DNA of 55,157 nt, filler included, from Sluysia triapertura (lineage: Eukaryota), in NCBI GenBank assembly GCA_046118255.1. It is 4 parts of 4 records of this genome, joined end to end, with 100 filler letters (N's around TTAATTAATTAA, not from the genome) between each part and the next. Parts side by side here need not be neighbours in the genome. Positions count along the whole stretch, not along the records: positions 1 to 13,414 come from JBJNIA010041356.1; 3 more parts are not named here. The stretch is one strand, 5' to 3'. The notes below the pieces were generated by a model, which searched no databases, had not been told where the DNA came from, and worked only from the letters and a program-made list of their open reading frames with translations. The first letter of the stretch is position 1. Each line of letters begins with the position of its first letter. Both the position numbers and the translations under genes were made by a program. Shown here one piece after another: positions 1 to 13,199 of the stretch.

Positions 1-744
1 ATATGTGAATAAAGACATATTTATAATTTTATTTTGATAAAACAAACTTCTTTCTAGAAGTTTCATTTGTAGCAATTCTTTATTTATAATAATAATAATT
101 TTTATTTTAAATTAATTAATTTAGTAAATTTTTATGAATAAATTTTATAATATTTTTATAAATTACTTTATAAATTAAAAATTTTAAAAATAAAACAAAT
201 AAAAATTAAAAAATTATATACATTCTTACAAAAATATAAAAAACCCGATGTTTTTTAATTCAGTTTTTGTAAAAATAATCCGAACGTTAAGTAGTTAAGA
301 GATATCCACACATCAAGAACAATCGAAGAAAAACAAAAACAGAATGTAAAGGACATAGATTTGAACTAACTATACTTAGTAAACAAGTGTGAAGGTTAGA
401 CGGTAAAGTAGAAAAATTTTATTAAAATGGAAAAGAAATAAATTCCAAAAGCACAAAATAAAACAAACCCATACATAACTATCAAACGAATACATATGAA
501 TATATAAATGAATAACATAAGAAAATTAATTTATATATAGATTACATTAGCCTATTACAGAATATAAGTGAAAATATTGTTAGAAAACACTATGTAAAGT
601 AAAGATTTTTATTTTATATGCAGAAAAGTTTTCAGAATAGAGTTGCGCATAAAGAATTTCAAAGTTTTTAATAATAAAATCCTTTAATCTAAATGTACTA
701 TTATATGAGAAAATATTTTAACAATAAAACATAAAAAATCTAAC

Positions 745-1027
745 ATTAAAATTATTAGAACAAAGTTTATTAAATTTTAAATCCAAATTACTCAGATCGG
801 CCACGAAAACATATCCATGTTCTATAATAACAGGTAAATATTCCAAATGACGTTTACTGGTATACTGAGTTTGATTGGTATTTTGTTGATTATTTTGACG
901 AATAAATAACTGGCAACCTGATAAACTGACATCACATTTGAATGTCGATGATGAATCATCATTAAAAGACATTTGGAATAGACCATTTTTGATTAAGCAT
1001 AGCATTATTAATGGCGAATGTGTGAAA
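745..1027 (-). CDS. ATG2: ATG2 autophagy lipid-transfer protein, internal exon (downstream of the 12260-12542 exon)
   Basis: Stop-free frame (S)FTHSPLIMLCLIKNGLFQMSFNDDSSSTFKCDVSLSGCQLFI...EHGYVFVADLSNLDLKF, which parallels the ATG2 stretch as I recall it (PVRVLIT..FTLSSNI..D.S.F.LRFILDDSALYL...DYVCVLDVDLLEL). AAG acceptor at 1030-1028 and GTTAG donor at 744. Phase matches the upstream exon. Confidence 0.7.
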
Positions 1028-1039
1028 CTTAAATTATAA

Positions 1040-1043
<4 letters not shown>

Positions 1044-1100
<57 letters not shown>
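1044..1100. repeat. (AAT)n microsatellite just upstream of the ATG2 splice acceptor
   Basis: About 19 perfect units, directly visible. Confidence 0.95.
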
Positions 1101-1103
<3 letters not shown>

Positions 1104-2339
1104 GTTTTCTTCAATATATATATTAAAGATTGAAGTTTTTGTTGAATTTTCATTTTTCAATTTTTGAACCTTATAGTATTAAAGAAAAATATTTTAATTG
1201 TTGCTTGGATATGTTCCAATGTACATAGTTATGAAACTTCATAAGTGGACCCTGCTAAATTAAGCGAAAATAAAAAATTGTATTATTTAGATGCAGTACT
1301 TGTATTGGTTTTTCAAGAAGTCAATAATTTTCATGAATAATAAAATAATAAATTAAATTAAAATAATAAACTTAAATTTTTAGATTAGAACTTAATTAAA
1401 AATATAAATTAAAATAAACAATGGTGAATTTTAGATTTAAATTCAGAGAAAGTTAGTTAAACTACATATACCAAAATAAATATTTAATTTAAATAACTTC
1501 AATTTATCGAACGAAAGCTAAAACATTATTTGATGAGTTACAATTTTACACGAAAGACAAACAAAAGGATACATTTCAACAAACTGGAAATTATTCTTGT
1601 CTAAATTAATTTCATCAAAAACTAATTAGATAAATTACAAACTTGAGTGATAAATTTTCTAAGAAGTTCGTCGATCACTAAACAGGTTTTAAAAATGTGT
1701 ACTCAATACTTTGCATAAGAAACATATGTTTGCTTGATTACAAGTCCACACTATTGTTATTATCTTTTTATAAAATTATATTATTGTAATTATATGAATA
1801 ATAGAATTTAAATTACGTTTAAAATTATTCATAAAATATGTTTACAATTATTCGTTCCCTCATGGCTTAATCCTCTCACAATCAGTTTAAGTTCCGACTG
1901 ACAACTAATATTAACAAAAGTGTTAGTTGAAAATTTAATAGTTATGGAGTTAACACAAATTGTAAACTTTAAAATACGTTTAACATTTAATATTATTTCT
2001 TTGGTACATTTACGATTATTCTTGGCCTCATCGTTTACTTTCCTGATAATTAGCTTAAATTCTGAATAGTAATATAATCAAAAGTTATAGAGCTAGTACT
2101 AATTGTAAAAAATTTTTAAAATTTAGTCTTATCTCTCTGATATATTTACTATTATTCAAAATTAAAACCATGTTAAAACATGCAATAAACTCAAAAGACT
2201 TATAAAAATAAAAATACATTCAATAATAATATCAAAGTTTGTCTTAGGTAATAGAGTACAAAACAATTAGTATTTACTTCGCAATCATCAATATCACAAA
2301 CTCGAGGATTTTCCTTAGCGATAAAATTGTCACAAAGTT

Positions 2340-2960
2340 CTTTGAACTAACGTAATCATCAGCGTTTTGTATGTGTTTATCTGGACGATAAATTTGAGAC
2401 AAATACTTGACAGAATTTCGCATTTCTGACTTAGTTGCCTTGCTTAGGACACGTAACGCTGAATATAAATCAGCCTGGTTTAAGTATGCTAGTTTGATTT
2501 CAAAATAACGTTCAATTATTATTGTCTTATCATGATACGAACTTGTTCAATCAAATAAGAACTACCATGACTTAAATCATATTTCCAAAAGCCGTTAAAT
2601 GCTGTATGGTCGATTATTACATCATCAAGTCTTGAATACGGAGCATTATTAACAAACGGAAGATCAAGATTATCATCTTCCTTATCAATAGTAAGAAATT
2701 ATCTTAGTTTGACATTTATTTTGTTGAGAAATTTTCATAAGCAAGCCGGACAATTTTAGTTCGAAATTATCTTGTGAAGAGAACCACTAGATGCTTAGAG
2801 AAATTGAGTAGATCCTCTGATCAAAATAAATTAAAATCTCAGTTAATTTGTCAAATTCTTCGTTTAAATGAGGAAGAAATAGCTCAGCTGCCTCAAAATC
2901 AAAGGAAAAGTAATTAAGTATTAAAATCAAAAATAGAAGACTATCATGTACAAGTATTGA
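2340..2960 (-). mobile_element. Degenerate Ty3/Gypsy pol fragments (RT-RNase H region)
   Basis: Minus-strand QIYRPDKHIQNADD (2396-2356) resembles the RNase H end motif I.YRPGK.N.NADAL. The segment EEFDKLTEILIYFD resembles the RT/RNase H connection. Heavily disrupted. Confidence 0.4.
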
Positions 2961-3214
2961 TATATCCACAAGAAAATATGTCCTATGCGATAGTTAATGG
3001 ATGATTTTGAAAAATGAATCAAAACCAATTCAATAAGACGATTTAATTTAAACGACGCCCAAATATTCATTTAGAAGTTGAAAGAACTGATCAAAGTAAT
3101 GACTTATAAGAGAATGCTACTCGTAGATTAACGTGGTTTAACAAAGATCTTCGATGAAGTGGTAAGAAAAATAATTTGAATTTTAGTAGTAATATGTTTA
3201 ATAATAATAATTAC

Positions 3215-3216
3215 AA

Positions 3217-3275
<59 letters not shown>

Positions 3276-3277
3276 AT
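3215..3277. repeat. (TAAA)n microsatellite
   Basis: About 15 perfect units. Confidence 0.95.
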
Positions 3278-5789
3278 TCAGTAAATTTAAAATATCCAAA
3301 TTTAGGCTTTTACTACCATCAAAAATTATAATCTCTATTTGTCTGAAATGCATTATGCGTTCAAAAAGTTTGTATTTAAGCATGTGAAAGTAAAAAATGG
3401 CTGCTAATTAACTGAAGTACAAATATAATAAACAAGCCTAGATAAAAGATGCATAGTAAAATAAAGTCACGCAACAAAATTCAACAGTGTAAAAAATTAC
3501 AATCAATAGAGCTCAGTTAAAAAATTAAACAAAAATTCTCAAAGAAAAGTAGAGTGTGAGTAATGTTATCAAACGTCAAGTATGATGATTTAAGTGTTAA
3601 AGCGAATACAAAGTATGATAAATTAAATGCTAAAGAAAACGTTACAACAAATGTAAATGTTAAAGAAAATATGAATTAAGATGAATTAAAAACAAATAAC
3701 CTCGGAATCCAGTAGATGTTAATTCTATCACAACATTTATAACCAAAGGCAACAGTACAATGCTTAAGGAGTTCAAATTCAAGCTAAACAATGACAGAAT
3801 CGCTACAAATGTCACCTATGATTAAAGTTCCAAAGATATCCATTTCCAAAATGGCATTTATCAATCTATTATGGTCATGCAATATTTAGAAGTGAACTTG
3901 AAACATAGCAGAGAAGTTACCTCTTAGTGGCTAAAGAAGAAATTTACAAGTATGCTTTTCGAATAACATTGCAAACTTTTATATTTTTATATTTATATCG
4001 ACTCTTTTATTGTTATTTAATTTTCAGGGTAATTCAATTCCCCAAAATTCATGTAAATAATTGCAATAAATTAACCTACATGTTGTTTAAAAGAAAGTAT
4101 AAGGTATCAATAAATGATAAAATTGTCAGAGTAAGTATTCATATTGAAATAAACATGAGCTGGCATTATCTTCGTAACCGTATTAATAATTCAGCAAGCA
4201 AAATTCTTATAATAGTTTTTTAAATAAATAAACAAAATATTTGATGGTAAAATTTACGAGGATATCAAAGTTTTTAATAAAGTGCTAGGAAAATTATAAA
4301 CTACCATCACATCAAACCAGTTATAATTATAAATTGAGTAAAATCTTGAATAATAAAATACCAAACTTAACTACATACATAAGTTTGACAACTGTGCAGT
4401 TACCAAACATTCGGCAATTTGACATAACCATCAATGGACTTAATAACAGTGTAAACTCTTCGTTTGTTATATTTCCATTCTTTATAAAGTTCAAATAAAC
4501 CATACAATTCCAACTCAAACTCACATTCATAAAATGTCATCGAACACGAAGTGAACCATACAACATTTTTATCTAAGTCATTATTAAACGTATAATTTAA
4601 TTTTTGTTATAAAATATTTTTTTGTGATTTTGGAACTTAGTTTTGAGTTTATGAATTGAGACCCAATAGTGTTGTGGACCAAAACACAAAGCAATTACCT
4701 TATACACTTCACAAGAACTTCAAATAAACCAGAAACAAACATACGCACGAAAGAACTAATTTATATCATAAACATTCTTATAATACGCAATCTTAACCAT
4801 CACAAAATTTGTCTTTTAAGCCACCAGTTGATCCTCAAACATCTTGCGCATCTTACTGAAATATCTTTCAAAATTTATTCTACTTTACCACATTAAAGAA
4901 CAAATAAAAATGAAGAATAGGCTACCAAAATAAGAACCAATCTATATAAAAGCCATTTATTAGATTTAAAGCATTGTTTTAGGATCAAAGACAAAGAAAA
5001 AGAAAAAGAATGGAGACAAGCAAAGAACCAACAAGATCAAAAAATGAGATCATAGTTCAAATTGATTTAGATTTTGCATTTAGTACTTTATGTAGAATTT
5101 TATGACATAAGTTATAAAGGAACTGAAATTGGAAGTGTGGAGGCAATTTAATGCAGAATAAAATATTAAATTAGATTTTTCATTTCATTCCTTTATGTGT
5201 ATTTTTATGTTTTTATAATAATAATATTTAGATATAATAATAATAATAATAATAAAAATAAATTCAATAATTCAAAATCAAAATGGCCACCAGACCTTAT
5301 TATACAGTAACTACTCTCTTATCCGCCAATTTATTTTTGCAAAAATGAATATAAATAAGTGTAACTTGGTTTAATAAAAATAATAATAATAATATTATGA
5401 TTATGATGATGATTATTATTATTGCTATATTAATTGATTAAATTAACCTAATTCACTGGCTAAAATAATTGCCAAAAAGTAAAAAATTAAAAAATTAATA
5501 CAACAAAAATTGAAAAAACTGAAATCGAACCTAAAAATATAATAAATCTGTGAAGAATCTTGTGGGAACAAACTTGTGTTAGAATATTATAAATTTTTCA
5601 AATATTTAGATATAAAGATGTTAAAGTTTAAAATACCTTGAGTAATATTAAGAAAGGTTAGTAATTGGTGTTAAACTATGGTATCCTATGTTTCTGCGAT
5701 AAATGATACTCCAATTTTTTCTTGCGAAGCCTCACATGATATTAGTACATGTTAGTAAATCTCATTCGTTGTTCAACTAACTAAAAGTA

Positions 5790-5905
5790 TTCTTGATGAT
5801 CTTTAACACTAGATTTTGAGTGTTACAATTTTTCATACAATTAATCCAGTGTTACCGAAGGTTCTCCGTTTCGACGTTCGACAATTACTAAAATGTTAGA
5901 CAGCG
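5790..5905 (-). mobile_element. Degenerate Ty3/Gypsy reverse transcriptase N-terminal fragment
   Basis: SNILVIVERRNGEPSVTLD resembles the Gypsy RT motif SP.V.V.KK.G..RLCVDY; stops follow. Confidence 0.35.
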
Positions 5906-7148
5906 TTATTTAGACAATATTATAAATCTAATGGTGTGAAATTTAAATAGTTTCTTGTATACCTACGTATGTATTCTGTATCCAGCGTACATTACTTAAT
6001 ACAGTCAGTTAAATATTGAAACCAATATCAAAAATCTTATGAATAACTTAGCATTCGTGCTGTTACCATATGAGAAATATCCTGGGTAGCACGTCGAAGA
6101 TTTCGATAATGTAATGTACATTTGATTTTGAGTCTTCATCAAAATTCAAGTATTTTTTTAGAAATAAAGTTAGACATTTTTATAATTATGTGATTATAAT
6201 GGTTGATAAAATTTTTAATTTTAATTATAAAATCACTTATTTTTATTTTGTGTGAGCTTGATTCCCTATTCAATAATTTTAAAAATAAGACAAAAATATT
6301 TTTAACGAAATTTTATTAGAATTTTTTAATTTGTTTATAAATATTAATTTTTTAGGTATTTTGTAATGAAACTTACGTTATAAACCATAATAAAATTGAT
6401 AAACTTGTGAGTTTAGGATTGATTGTCACGTTTTAAACATATTTCATACGAAATTTAAAATTGAAATTGACAAACATTCAATCGAAGCAATTACAAATTT
6501 AAATTATAGTAATAACTTATCAATTTTCTTGCACCTTAAACATAATTATAATCAACATTCATTAATTTCCTTATAATACTTAATGAGAGTGACCAATTCA
6601 AGTTTATGTATAACATTTAGTTTAAGATACAAATTATAGAGGGTCTCTATCATAATGAAAAGTAATCTAAGTTATAACTGTTTATAGAAGGTGATGATAT
6701 ACATAATTATAATCCTTTACTTAATACATATTAATTATCCACCTATTGAGATCTTAATAGTTGCATGTAAATGACTGCGCTTTTACCATTTGTTCAACAT
6801 GAAGTCCGTGCTCCAATATTATACAAATTTTTATACTATTTTACACAAATTTCGTCCGATCCAATAAATTTGATCGTTATTCTCACTATTTGTTAAAACT
6901 CGACCATTATTTGCCTATTTGTCAAGACCTCATAATCTATGCACTGCAAATACATTGTGACCGCTAAATTACATCACTTTAAAATCATTAAGATTACACA
7001 AAATAGATTTTAAGTTTTAAAAATATGCATAGTTAATTATGTGATGGAATAAAAATAATTTAAAAATAAAATTCATCTTTTGTGAAATTTGTAAATTAAT
7101 AAATCATTTTAAACTATTTATTACACAATAACACAATAACACAATTTC

Positions 7149-7226
<78 letters not shown>
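7149..7226. repeat. Palindromic microsatellite: (AAT)n switching directly to (TTA)n
   Basis: Strand switch at about 7183 gives roughly 35-bp perfect inverted arms with no spacer. Confidence 0.9.
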
Positions 7227-7229
<3 letters not shown>

Positions 7230-8495
7230 CTTTCTATATGACTACTCACGCAATCATTATCACTATGCTTGTTGCTGTGCTTACTACAATTACCATAACT
7301 ATTACCACCATAACAATTATTGACTACTACTGATTTATTATAGTAGTAGTAATAATATGCATTCACATTATTATAACTGTTTGTTTTTTACTATTTTAAT
7401 TTTAACATTTTGGTAAAAGTGAAGTTATAAGTTAGTTTATAGACTTCCTTCATATATTGTTCTAGTGATTCATGTAAAATAAGAGAACTTAACCTCAGGA
7501 TTGTTAATTTCAAAATTTTTATAATACTCAACAACCTCGGAAATTAGAATAAATCTGTAAGACTTAAATTTAAATGCGAAAAGTATAATTATAAACAATA
7601 TAATTAAAATAAACAATTATAAGTAGGAAAATTAAAATGAGAAAAAACACCGAAACATCTTGATAAGACGAATCAATGTAAGAAATAGTGCAAAGTGTAG
7701 AAAAATCATTGAGAATGTACTACACTTTATAAAGCGTTGCAGATGAAACTTGAACGATATAGGAAGGGAGAAGCTTGAAATGTTAATAAAATAAAAATGA
7801 ATATAAACACCCACATACACAAACAAATAATCTGGCACAATACATAAATTACATGGTCATAATTATAATGCAGAATGAAATTAATTATTATGTAAAAGAA
7901 ATTTGCTGCATAAGCACAAAACCCATGTATTAATATATAAGGACAAAGTAATATACTATAACAAAGTAATGTAGAATGAAATTCGAAAAATAATTTATAT
8001 AAAGTAGTCTACTGATTGTGGTGTCTCAAACTCCAATCGACAATCTTAATACATAATAAACGTATCATGTTACTTTATAGAATGCCAGTGCATATAATGT
8101 ATATAATACATAATGCACATAATATATACCTTAACTTTAATCAAAACGTATATGTAAAAATAACAACTTCTACCAATACCTGTACTATTTATCATTTTTC
8201 CGTTAAAATAATTTATTTTAAACTATTTTAACAATAAATTTAACTAAAAATACTAAAATTTGTTTCATTTTTTAAAAATAAGATATAAAATAACGTAATT
8301 ATATAGAAAGAAAATTTGTTTCGTGCAATTTAGAATATAAATTGAGCACACAAATAGTTTCTAAAAGATAAGCTTAAAGTTAAAGGTTATTTTACTATGG
8401 AAACCATATATACAATTTATAGAATTACATACATTTAAAAATGACTAAATTAATTATACAGAAAATCCTATAATTCATAAAAAAGCAAAACACTG

Positions 8496-8643
8496 TTAAC
8501 TCATTACTGGCATAGTAATACGTCATTTTTTATTCGAAATCCAGTAGCCGCTGACTTAGTAATACGTTTCTTTGCAGAATAGTCTTGTTTGTGTTTCCAT
8601 CAAACAGTCGATTAAGAATTTTTAGCGGCCAGTTATGAGTTAA
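8496..8643. mobile_element. piggyBac-type MITE (140 bp plus TTAA target-site duplications)
   Basis: TTAA-CTCATTACTGGC ... GCCAGTTATGAG-TTAA (15/16 inverted match including TSD). Internal direct repeat TAGTAATACGT occurs twice. Confidence 0.8.
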
Positions 8644-10729
8644 TAATAGTAATGAAATATAGATACAAATAAAGAAATTAAACACATTATATAATGAAAC
8701 GTTACTGATGGGTTTTAGTTAAAAAAGTAGTAATTTATAAAATACGATTCGTCTTTGAAATGACTTTTATTTACAACATATAGTTAGTAAATTAAATCAT
8801 TTTTTAATTCAGTGTAATTTTGTTATTTTTAATCACATTAATTTCAACAATCTCGGTTTACTTAATATTACGAAGTGCCGTACGATAAAGGTTAATTAAT
8901 ACATGTCCGCATAAAAGCACTTATGGGACAATAACAGATAACACAAAACTTAATTCATGGATTTTTTTGTGTAATGGTAACAATATAATATTAGAGTTAA
9001 AAAATTATTTAATTAGCATTTACCAAAAATGGTATATCAACACATTGAGTACGTTTTTTGAAATTTAATGCAATATCTTATAATAAATTATAATCACAAG
9101 TAAATAACTCAAAAATACTTCTGCTCGAAAAATTTTATACCGGGTAAATCTCGAATGAATAATTTTTGTTATCACTTTTTTTATTAAGTATTTATGAAAA
9201 ATATTCTGGAATTAAGGCTATATACTTTTCAATATATATACCATCTTCAATATATACCATCCATCTTCAATATATTAATTAATTTTTACTGTTACTATTG
9301 TTTTTATTATAGCATTTAAATTACTAAATTTGTAATAAAATTATGATTTTATTTATTACTTCGACCTATTCACAAAGATTTAGCTTATTTTGACTTTTTG
9401 GTCCGACAATAAGACAATATCTGTTTCATTTACACGTCGACTTATCCATTCACAAATAATTACAATGACGTTGTATCGGTAAGATAAATTATATTTTTGC
9501 ACATAAGCAATAGAATCCATTTGCCATTTTTAATATTTAAAATTTGTTTTTAGATATTTTTTCTGCATTTATAAATACAATCAGTAAGTTTTCCGTAACA
9601 CTACCCAAGTGGTTTTGCTTACGAAAAAGCAGATAAAATAAGTTGTCTTAAACCCATAAACTTAAAATAAACTAGAACCTTAAAACTAAGATTTATTTGA
9701 TAAAACGATAAAGAAATGTTAATATATAAAATTCACAATATAACTAAATAGACCGCACACAATTACTATAGATTTAGTTTAATAGTTTATGATTTTAATT
9801 TTAATTTAATTTACTTACGAAACAGTTTGTGCAATCGATGAAAAACTAAGATTAAATAATATTGTCATCAAAGATATGAATCCAAATGCATTATTAAAAT
9901 ATGAATTAAAAATAGCCATAAAATACTTGCAAAATAACTTGTAAAAATTATAGTGTCAAAAACACTTTATAATTTATGGGTCTTGAAAGCATTGCTTTTT
10001 TTACTGAAACTATACTATGCCTAATATATTTTAAATGTCATTATATAACAAATTTTCTATAGTTAATTGTTTTCCATAGTTAACTTCGCTTATACAGGAA
10101 AATTTTTCTATAGTTAAAAATTCTCACATAAGATTTATCATGATAATATGACCAATTTCATTTAAATGTTAATTTTTTTCTATAATATTAGTATGGATAT
10201 AATTCATTTACATATTCATATGCATTTACCAATGTATTTATATATTGGCAAAGTTTGTGTCTGATAGTTTTTGTTTCTTAATTTCTACTTTAATAAGATC
10301 ATATATTTTTTTCGTCTGATCTGCAATTTTTCGACTTGTTAATTAAGTTTGATGAGATTAAATCTAAGCCTCCCGTATTCCGTTTTATTCTGTTTCATTT
10401 ACTTTTTCATTTCAGGATTTTTTAAGATGTTTCTTTTAAATTTATTGAAATATTATTTCATAATTACTAAAATAATTTAGATTTAATTTATAATTTTTAC
10501 TTTAAGTACATTAAAATATTTGAATATTTACTTTAAGTTTATTAAGATGTTAGGTTGTTTTTAAAACATTCATTCTCATTCTAATTTTCCTTATTATTAT
10601 AATCATCTTAAGACCATTGTTGTCAATTTATTGATTTTATAGCGCATAATAATAAAAACAAAATTGAAAGTAATAGACTTAAGTGTATTCGTGATACTCT
10701 TTATAAATCTGTTTATACATTCATTTTTT

Positions 10730-11430
10730 AAAAAAATAGTAGAAAAACGATTGAAAGTTTATCACTGAATCTGATTTAAATACTTTAGAATGAGAGAGCG
10801 GTGAAGAGTGATATTTCAGAAGTAGAAATAAATGATTATATTGCATTTAATCATATTGCACACATGCATGTCAAAAACCATAGTCTGTCACAATATATAT
10901 CCAAGTTGAAAATGAAAGGGTTAATAAAATATTATTATACTTCATATTTTATAGATGAAATCAAATCAAGTCACCAGCAAATAACAATTTATGGACAGCT
11001 TCCACTTAATTTGCAAAAAAGAAACATCAACTGTTTCAGAGAAGATAAACACTTTTTGATGTTGAAACAAATTAACCTTCACAAATTATTATTCAGGCTT
11101 GTGTTGCTAGGCAACATGTCATCAATTCCAGGTTTTTACAGAAAGATTGCAAATCGTTTTGTTTTTCATGTCAAAGAAATCGGAACACTTTTTAGACATT
11201 TGACAATAAAATAACCATGAGATAAGTTAGATAAAAAATAATTAATATCAGATAAATGAATGATTTTCCAATGCAACTTGTTGCAATATTATTCAGTGAG
11301 TATTAAAAAAACAAAATTGATTTAAATTTCTTCTATGAATCAACAGAATAATCGATCATTTGCATGAAGATAATCTCTAATAATTCATAATCCATCATAT
11401 TGATGTGATGGATTCAAAGATAGACGACTG
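10730..11430 (+). mobile_element. Decayed piggyBac-like transposase remnant
   Basis: IVEK...SDISEVEINDYIAF, IPGFYRKIANRF...FRHL...DKLDK and a later GFK occur in the order of piggyBac motifs (IVE.TN...D.T..EI.AFIG; MSRNRF..I...LHF...DKL.K; KWGFK). Includes ORF 10801-11214 and is followed by a terminal-type palindrome. Confidence 0.45.
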
Positions 11431-11553
11431 TTTTCTTTAGGCCCTAATATCTACTCTTAAGTAAGTGCAAAGGTACTTAAAATAAATAAAAAAACTCTTT
11501 TTCTTAAATATTTTATTATTTTCCAGTGATTTGTCATTCTTCTGAAAACGGTA

Positions 11554-11628
11554 ACACTCAAACCTGTTTTTGTGCGATGTTTTAAATTTAATTAAATTAT
11601 GAGATCGCACAAAAACAGGTTTGTGTGT
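11554..11628. repeat. Inverted repeat: 25-bp stem (24/25) with 25-nt loop; probable piggyBac subterminal palindrome
   Basis: ACACTCAAACCTGTTTTTGTGCGAT (11554-11578) pairs with ATCGCACAAAAACAGGTTTGTGTGT (11604-11628). Confidence 0.85.
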
Positions 11629-12259
11629 GTACATTTTTGAAGCATAAATGTTATACAACCTATCGCCTATCTGTATAAATTCATTTTAGTTTTATAATTT
11701 TTTAATTATTTCAGGACTTCAATAATGTAAGGATTTCTAAATTATTATCATGAATTCTATTATTTGAATTCTACTTGAATTATTATTTGAATTCTATTCT
11801 TACCATTATTAATGTAAATCTTGAAGATGACATCTCCCTACTTCGAAAATTAGTTTTGATGATTGATTCAATAGTAATTGAATTTTTGCACTTTTCTGTA
11901 TGAAATTGAGTACAATATACCATTATTAAAATCTATATTATTAGTTATCAATGAATGAACAATTAGTTTAGCTGTATCTTTATTAATAAATTTCAAACTT
12001 TTTATATCTTCTTTAATTGATATTTACACTTTTTAACAATACGGCTAGTAGAAATATACTGTTAAATGAAAGTAAAATAAAATTTAAAAATACAAAATGA
12101 CTATAACATAATCATCAACTAGTACTTATATTATTCCAAAACTTTTCTGATAAACATTGTTAAATGTAACCTTAAAATAGCTTAGCAGATATGCTAATTA
12201 ATAAGTTATTATTAATTATTTTAAAATAATAAATTTATATATTGTATTAATAAAATTAC

Positions 12260-12542
12260 CTTATATCGACGCAACCACCTATTAAATGTAAATCAATGTG
12301 AACATCTGTATCTGGCAAAGTGTAACCAGTTATTGATGGATTATTTACAACCAATAAATCCATTAAATTAATTATCCAATCAAAGCTATTTTGATGAGTA
12401 TGATTATTAACCATTTCTGAATTTGAAACTTGTACATTATGATTGGTTGATTGTTTATTCATAAGTTCTTGATAATATTGATGTTTCGTAATGAAGTTAT
12501 TTAAGTAAGATGCTACAATAGCGGATGATTTTTGCCTAGATT
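12260..12542 (-). CDS. ATG2: ATG2 autophagy lipid-transfer protein, internal exon
   Basis: SRQKSSAIVASYLNNFITKHQYY...FDWIINLMDLLVVNNPSITGYTLPDTDVHIDLHLIGGCVDI matches the conserved ATG2 block as I recall it (KEFLV...L..ATLRH...W..QL..FL.V.D.PVLGY.PP..IT.LH.HL.SC.VDYRP). TTTAG acceptor and AG|GTAAT donor at 12259. Confidence 0.8.
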
Positions 12543-13199
12543 CTAAATATTTAAATAAATTTCAACAATATCCATTATTAACACACTGTACATCAGCCGT
12601 TTAAAATCTAAACAAATAATTATTAACGAGAAAAATTTTTATGCATTGATTTTTATTATACTAATTCTTTAAAAATTAATGTGTAAGCAAAAATATATAA
12701 AAAATTATCGATCTTCGGTGTTAATTTGGTTTAAATTTCACAAATGCATAATCGTTAATATGACTTACATAATGTTCATTTATTCAAATTTATTTATTCA
12801 AATTCCTAATCATTATCATTAAGATTATAAAGCTTTTATATTAATTTAAAATAAGATTTAATAGAATATAAATTTAAAATTTAGTAACAAATAATAACCA
12901 GTTTTAAAATTGCAATTTTATAAACAATAATTTTAAAATGAGATTCTATAAAGATAATGTGAAATTAAACTTTAAGAATTAAAGTTTATTTTAATTTGTA
13001 AGTTAAAATTATATTAACATTATTCTCTATTAAAATTAACTTAAATTAAAGATTCAGTAGAACAGAAAGAATAATGTAATATCAAAATTTAGAGGCATTG
13101 TAATCGACAAAAATCATATTAAAGAATAAATAAAAATTATATGTAATCAAATTTTAATAACGCTAAAAATTTGAAAATAAATTTTCTTATCAGTATAAA

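Noticed and set aside
1170-1255. Additional ATG2 exon just upstream of 1027
   Set aside because: All frames contain stops, and the 12260 exon already joins 1027 with contiguous homology.
1560-1760. Penelope GIY-YIG endonuclease remnant
   Set aside because: Only a vague resemblance; no diagnostic motif could be read.
7121-7366. Poly-Ile/Asn/Tyr ORFs (also 3198-3383, 27627-27851, 37470-37664, 46514-46822)
   Set aside because: These are translations of microsatellites or adjacent low-complexity sequence, not genes.
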